Source: Vulcanimicrobiota bacterium
Lineage (GTDB): Bacteria > Vulcanimicrobiota > Vulcanimicrobiia > Vulcanimicrobiales > Vulcanimicrobiaceae
Length of the DNA stretch: 64,000 bases
Assembly (NCBI GenBank): GCA_963786105.1
Contig: CAWAXX010000023.1
Coordinates: 32,001-96,000 of the forward strand
Direction of reading: 5' to 3'
The notes beneath the pieces are model-generated. The model was not told the DNA's origin and did not search any database. It saw only the letters and a program-made list of their open reading frames with translations. Both the position numbers and the translations under genes were made by a program. Positions 61,122 to 64,000 of the stretch are shown piece after piece (the first letter of the stretch is position 1; each line of letters opens with the position of its first letter).

Positions 61122-62741
61122 ATGAATGCGAACGTTCGCGCCTTTGCCGCGATCGCCGGCATCGCGATATTGTGCTCGTGCACGAAGAGCGGCGGCGGCA
61201 CGTCGTCGATGACGCATTCGCTCACCATTGGCGACGGCTCGGGCGACGTTCCCACGCTAAACCCGCACCTCTTCACGGAAACGACGTTGGGGTACATATC
61301 GCAGTTGTCGCAAGCCTACCTCGTGAAGTGGGGATCCGACAACCGCCCCTACGCCGAACTCGTTACCGAGGTTCCGACGCAGGCAAACGGCGGAATCAGC
61401 GCCGACGGAAAGACGATCACGTGGCACGTTCGTAAGGGCGTGAAGTGGTCCGACGGAGCGCCGTTCAACGCCGACGACGTAGTTTTCTCGACGAAAGTCG
61501 TGTTGAACCCGGCCAATAACGAGGTCGGCCGCGACGGCTGGAACCTTATCGAGAAAATGGACGAGCCCGACAAGTACACCGTCGTGTACCATCTTCGAAA
61601 ACCGTACGCTTCGTACGAACCGGTTTTCTTTGGAAGTGCCGGCGCTAATCCGGACCTTCTGCCGAAGCATCTCTTGCAAAGCTATCCGAACATCAATCAG
61701 GTGGCGTATAACGCAAAGCCCGTGGGCATCGGTCCGTTTCGCATCGTCGCTTGGCACCGTGGCGACAGCATCGAACTCGAAGCCAATCCGTATTACTTCC
61801 GCGGCGAGCCGAAGATCAAGCATATTTCGTTCAAATTGATCCCCTCCCGCGACACCCTGCTCACGCTGATGCAAACCGGTGAGGTCCAACTTTGGCCCGA
61901 GGTACCGTCATCGTACATCACCAGGGTTTTGGCGCTCGCGAACGTTCAAACCGAAATAAAGCCGAGCCCATTTTACGGGCACCTCGACTTCAACGTAACG
62001 CGGCCGCTCGTGAGCGACTTGCGCGTGCGCCAAGCTATCAGATACGCAATCGATCGAGTAGGGCTCGCACAGAAGATCGCTCAGGGTAACGCCATCGTGC
62101 AAGAAAGCATCATACCGCCGGTCAACCCGATCGCCCCCAAAGACATTCCGCTCGTTCCCTACGACCCCGCCAAGGCGAAGCAGCTCCTCGACGCGGCCGG
62201 CTGGAAGGCCGGCGCCGACGGCATTCGCGTCAAGAACGGCCAACGTATGTCGCTCGAGTTCCCGTATTATACCGGCGTATCGACCGCGGACGATACGGTC
62301 GAGTTCATTCGCCAGGGGTTGCACGCCGTGGGCATCGACATACAAACCCGGAAATTCGCGCCGGCCGTGTTCTTTGCGCCGTTCCAGCAAAACGGCATCG
62401 TCTACGGCGGCAAGTGGGACATGACGATGTTCTCATGGCAAGCGGATCCCATCGGAGAAATCTCGACGCAGTGGGAGTGCAACCAGGTTCCGCCCAACGG
62501 ACAAAACGTCGCGCGCTTCTGCAGCGCGCAGTTGGATTCGCTACTCGAGCGCTTCAAGGTTACGTACGACCAAGAAGAGCATCGCCGCCTTCTCGAGCAA
62601 GAGGTCAAGATTATCGACGCCAACGTTCCGACCATCGTGCTCGACGTTTTAAAGAATGGGTACACGCACAGCCCCAACCTTACCGGCTACGATCCGGGAG
62701 CGTGGACGGCCTTCGACAACATGATGACCTCGGACATCTAG
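61122..62741 (+). CDS. Peptide ABC substrate-binding lipoprotein
   Basis: LCSC lipobox, KWSDGAPFNADDV, PVGIGPF. Confidence 0.9.
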   Translation: MNANVRAFAAIAGIAILCSCTKSGGGTSSMTHSLTIGDGSGDVPTLNPHLFTETTLGYISQLSQAYLVKWGSDNRPYAELVTEVPTQANGGISADGKTITWHVRKGVKWSDGAPFNADDVVFSTKVVLNPANNEVGRDGWNLIEKMDEPDKYTVVYHLRKPYASYEPVFFGSAGANPDLLPKHLLQSYPNINQVAYNAKPVGIGPFRIVAWHRGDSIELEANPYYFRGEPKIKHISFKLIPSRDTLLTLMQTGEVQLWPEVPSSYITRVLALANVQTEIKPSPFYGHLDFNVTRPLVSDLRVRQAIRYAIDRVGLAQKIAQGNAIVQESIIPPVNPIAPKDIPLVPYDPAKAKQLLDAAGWKAGADGIRVKNGQRMSLEFPYYTGVSTADDTVEFIRQGLHAVGIDIQTRKFAPAVFFAPFQQNGIVYGGKWDMTMFSWQADPIGEISTQWECNQVPPNGQNVARFCSAQLDSLLERFKVTYDQEEHRRLLEQEVKIIDANVPTIVLDVLKNGYTHSPNLTGYDPGAWTAFDNMMTSDI

Positions 62742-62838
62742 GCTCGATGTATCCTATGACTTCGTCGGCTCGGGGGCTCACGTGCGGAGCACGCTTCGCC
62801 CGTCGCCTCCTCGTCCTAGAATACATCGAACCTAGATG
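62735..62838 (-). repeat. Structured hairpin repeat family A, copy 3 (diverged)
   Basis: CATCTAGGCTCGATGTAT/ATACATCGAACCTAGATG arms; CGAGGAG-GAAG-TGAG-CGACGA loop motifs on the minus strand. Confidence 0.7.
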
Positions 62839-62925
62839 AGGAATAAATCGACCGTCGATGTCCCGTCGGCGCTCGTTCGATCGTCGCCGGTCTTTGAATT
62901 TGTTCGCTTACTGGAGGTGCCTTGA

Positions 62926-64000
62926 ATGAGCAAGTTGAGTTTGCGTGCGGTTGCGGTCGTCTGCGCGGCGGCGCTTCTCGCGTCGGGATGTTCGAAGTCG
63001 CAACCGGGAGAGGCGACCGCAGGAGGGCGCGTCAATTCGTGGACGGTTCCGCACGTGCTGACGTTTTCCGACGGGGCCGACGTCAATACGCTCAATCCTC
63101 ACCTCGGACAGTTTGCCTCGATCGGATTGATGTCGTCGCTCACGATGGCCTGGCTGATCAAGTGGGACGAACACAACAATCCGTATCCCGAGCTCGCGAC
63201 CGAAGTTCCCACGCAAGCCAACGGTGGCGTGAGCAAGGACGGGCTGACGATTACGTTCCACGTGCGAAAGGGCGTGAAGTGGTCGGACGGTGCGCCTTTC
63301 GACGCCGACGACGTCGTTTTCAGTACGAACGTCGTGAACAATCCCGCGAACAACGAGGTCGGACGCACGGGTTGGGACCAAATCGTAAAGATCGACGAGC
63401 CGGATAAGTACACGGTCGTCTATCACATGCGCAAGCCGTACTCCCCGTTCGTCGAAACCTTCTTTTCAAGTGCCGGCGCAAACCCATGCATCCTTCCAAA
63501 GCATTTGCTTGCGAAGTATCCGAACATCAACAACATTCCGTACAACTCGCTTCCAGTAGGAATCGGGCCGTTTAAGTACGAGCGATGGGATCGGGCCACG
63601 CAAGTCGTCATGGTCGCCAATCCATTGTACTTCCGCGGCCTTCCGAAACTAAAAAAGGTCGTTTATAAAATCGTTCCCGACCGTAACACGGTGCTTTCGC
63701 AGCTGGAAGCGCACGAGCTCGACATGTGGTACTTGCTCCCTGGAAACTACTTGCAGCGCGTACAGGCGGTAACGGCATACGACGTCAGCCGGCGACCCAG
63801 CTATTATTTTAATCATATGGACTTTAACTTGCAGCGCCCCGCGTTAAAGGATCCGGCCGTCCGGCAGGCGCTTCGCTTGGCGTTGAACCGGCCGGAGCTT
63901 ATCGCGAAGATCGGGCACAACGTCGGAACGGTGTCCGACGTCACGACGCCGCGGTCGGCACCGTACGCCGTGACCACTATTGCACCGACCAAATTCGACA
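62926..64000 (+). CDS. Peptide ABC substrate-binding lipoprotein (runs off window end)
   Basis: GGAGG RBS, MSKLSLR..ASGC lipobox, KWSDGAPFDADDV; close paralog of 61122-62741. Confidence 0.88.
   Translation, partial: MSKLSLRAVAVVCAAALLASGCSKSQPGEATAGGRVNSWTVPHVLTFSDGADVNTLNPHLGQFASIGLMSSLTMAWLIKWDEHNNPYPELATEVPTQANGGVSKDGLTITFHVRKGVKWSDGAPFDADDVVFSTNVVNNPANNEVGRTGWDQIVKIDEPDKYTVVYHMRKPYSPFVETFFSSAGANPCILPKHLLAKYPNINNIPYNSLPVGIGPFKYERWDRATQVVMVANPLYFRGLPKLKKVVYKIVPDRNTVLSQLEAHELDMWYLLPGNYLQRVQAVTAYDVSRRPSYYFNHMDFNLQRPALKDPAVRQALRLALNRPELIAKIGHNVGTVSDVTTPRSAPYAVTTIAPTKFD

Noticed and set aside
1..64000. CRISPR array, tRNA/rRNA, transposase or prophage
   Set aside because: No regularly spaced repeats, cloverleaf signatures or mobile-element proteins were seen.

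Overview
GC-rich, densely coding bacterial chromosomal window. The gene repertoire (tandem family-5 ABC lipoprotein paralogs, a copper-amine-oxidase N-domain/beta-barrel protein, TolC, Pro/Thr-rich exported proteins) suggests a diderm soil lineage such as Candidatus Eremiobacterota; this placement is inference. Contents: a 2-oxoacid dehydrogenase cluster with two tandem E1-alpha paralogs, ETF-quinone oxidoreductase, thiO-thiS-thiG, bcp, an EF-G paralog, actP/DUF485, sufC-sufD-sufS-sufU with a divergent SufR-like regulator and an IscU-like gene, folD, tldD/tldE, an efflux adaptor plus TolC, an AhbAB/NirDL-like fusion and four peptide-type ABC substrate-binding proteins. No tRNA, rRNA, CRISPR array or transposase was seen. 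Several genes in the first 20 kb are broken by what mostly look like single-base insertions, probably sequencing errors. Most notable: (1) three families of intergenic hairpin repeats, one with three ~100-bp copies showing covarying stems and conserved GA-rich internal loops; (2) an ECF sigma factor overlapping a zinc-finger anti-sigma domain fused to an O6-alkylguanine alkyltransferase, a possible sigma-based alkylation response, followed by a PHP phosphoesterase with a histone-H1-like tail; (3) an RCK channel-like protein whose K+ filter position carries a CxxC motif instead of GYG.
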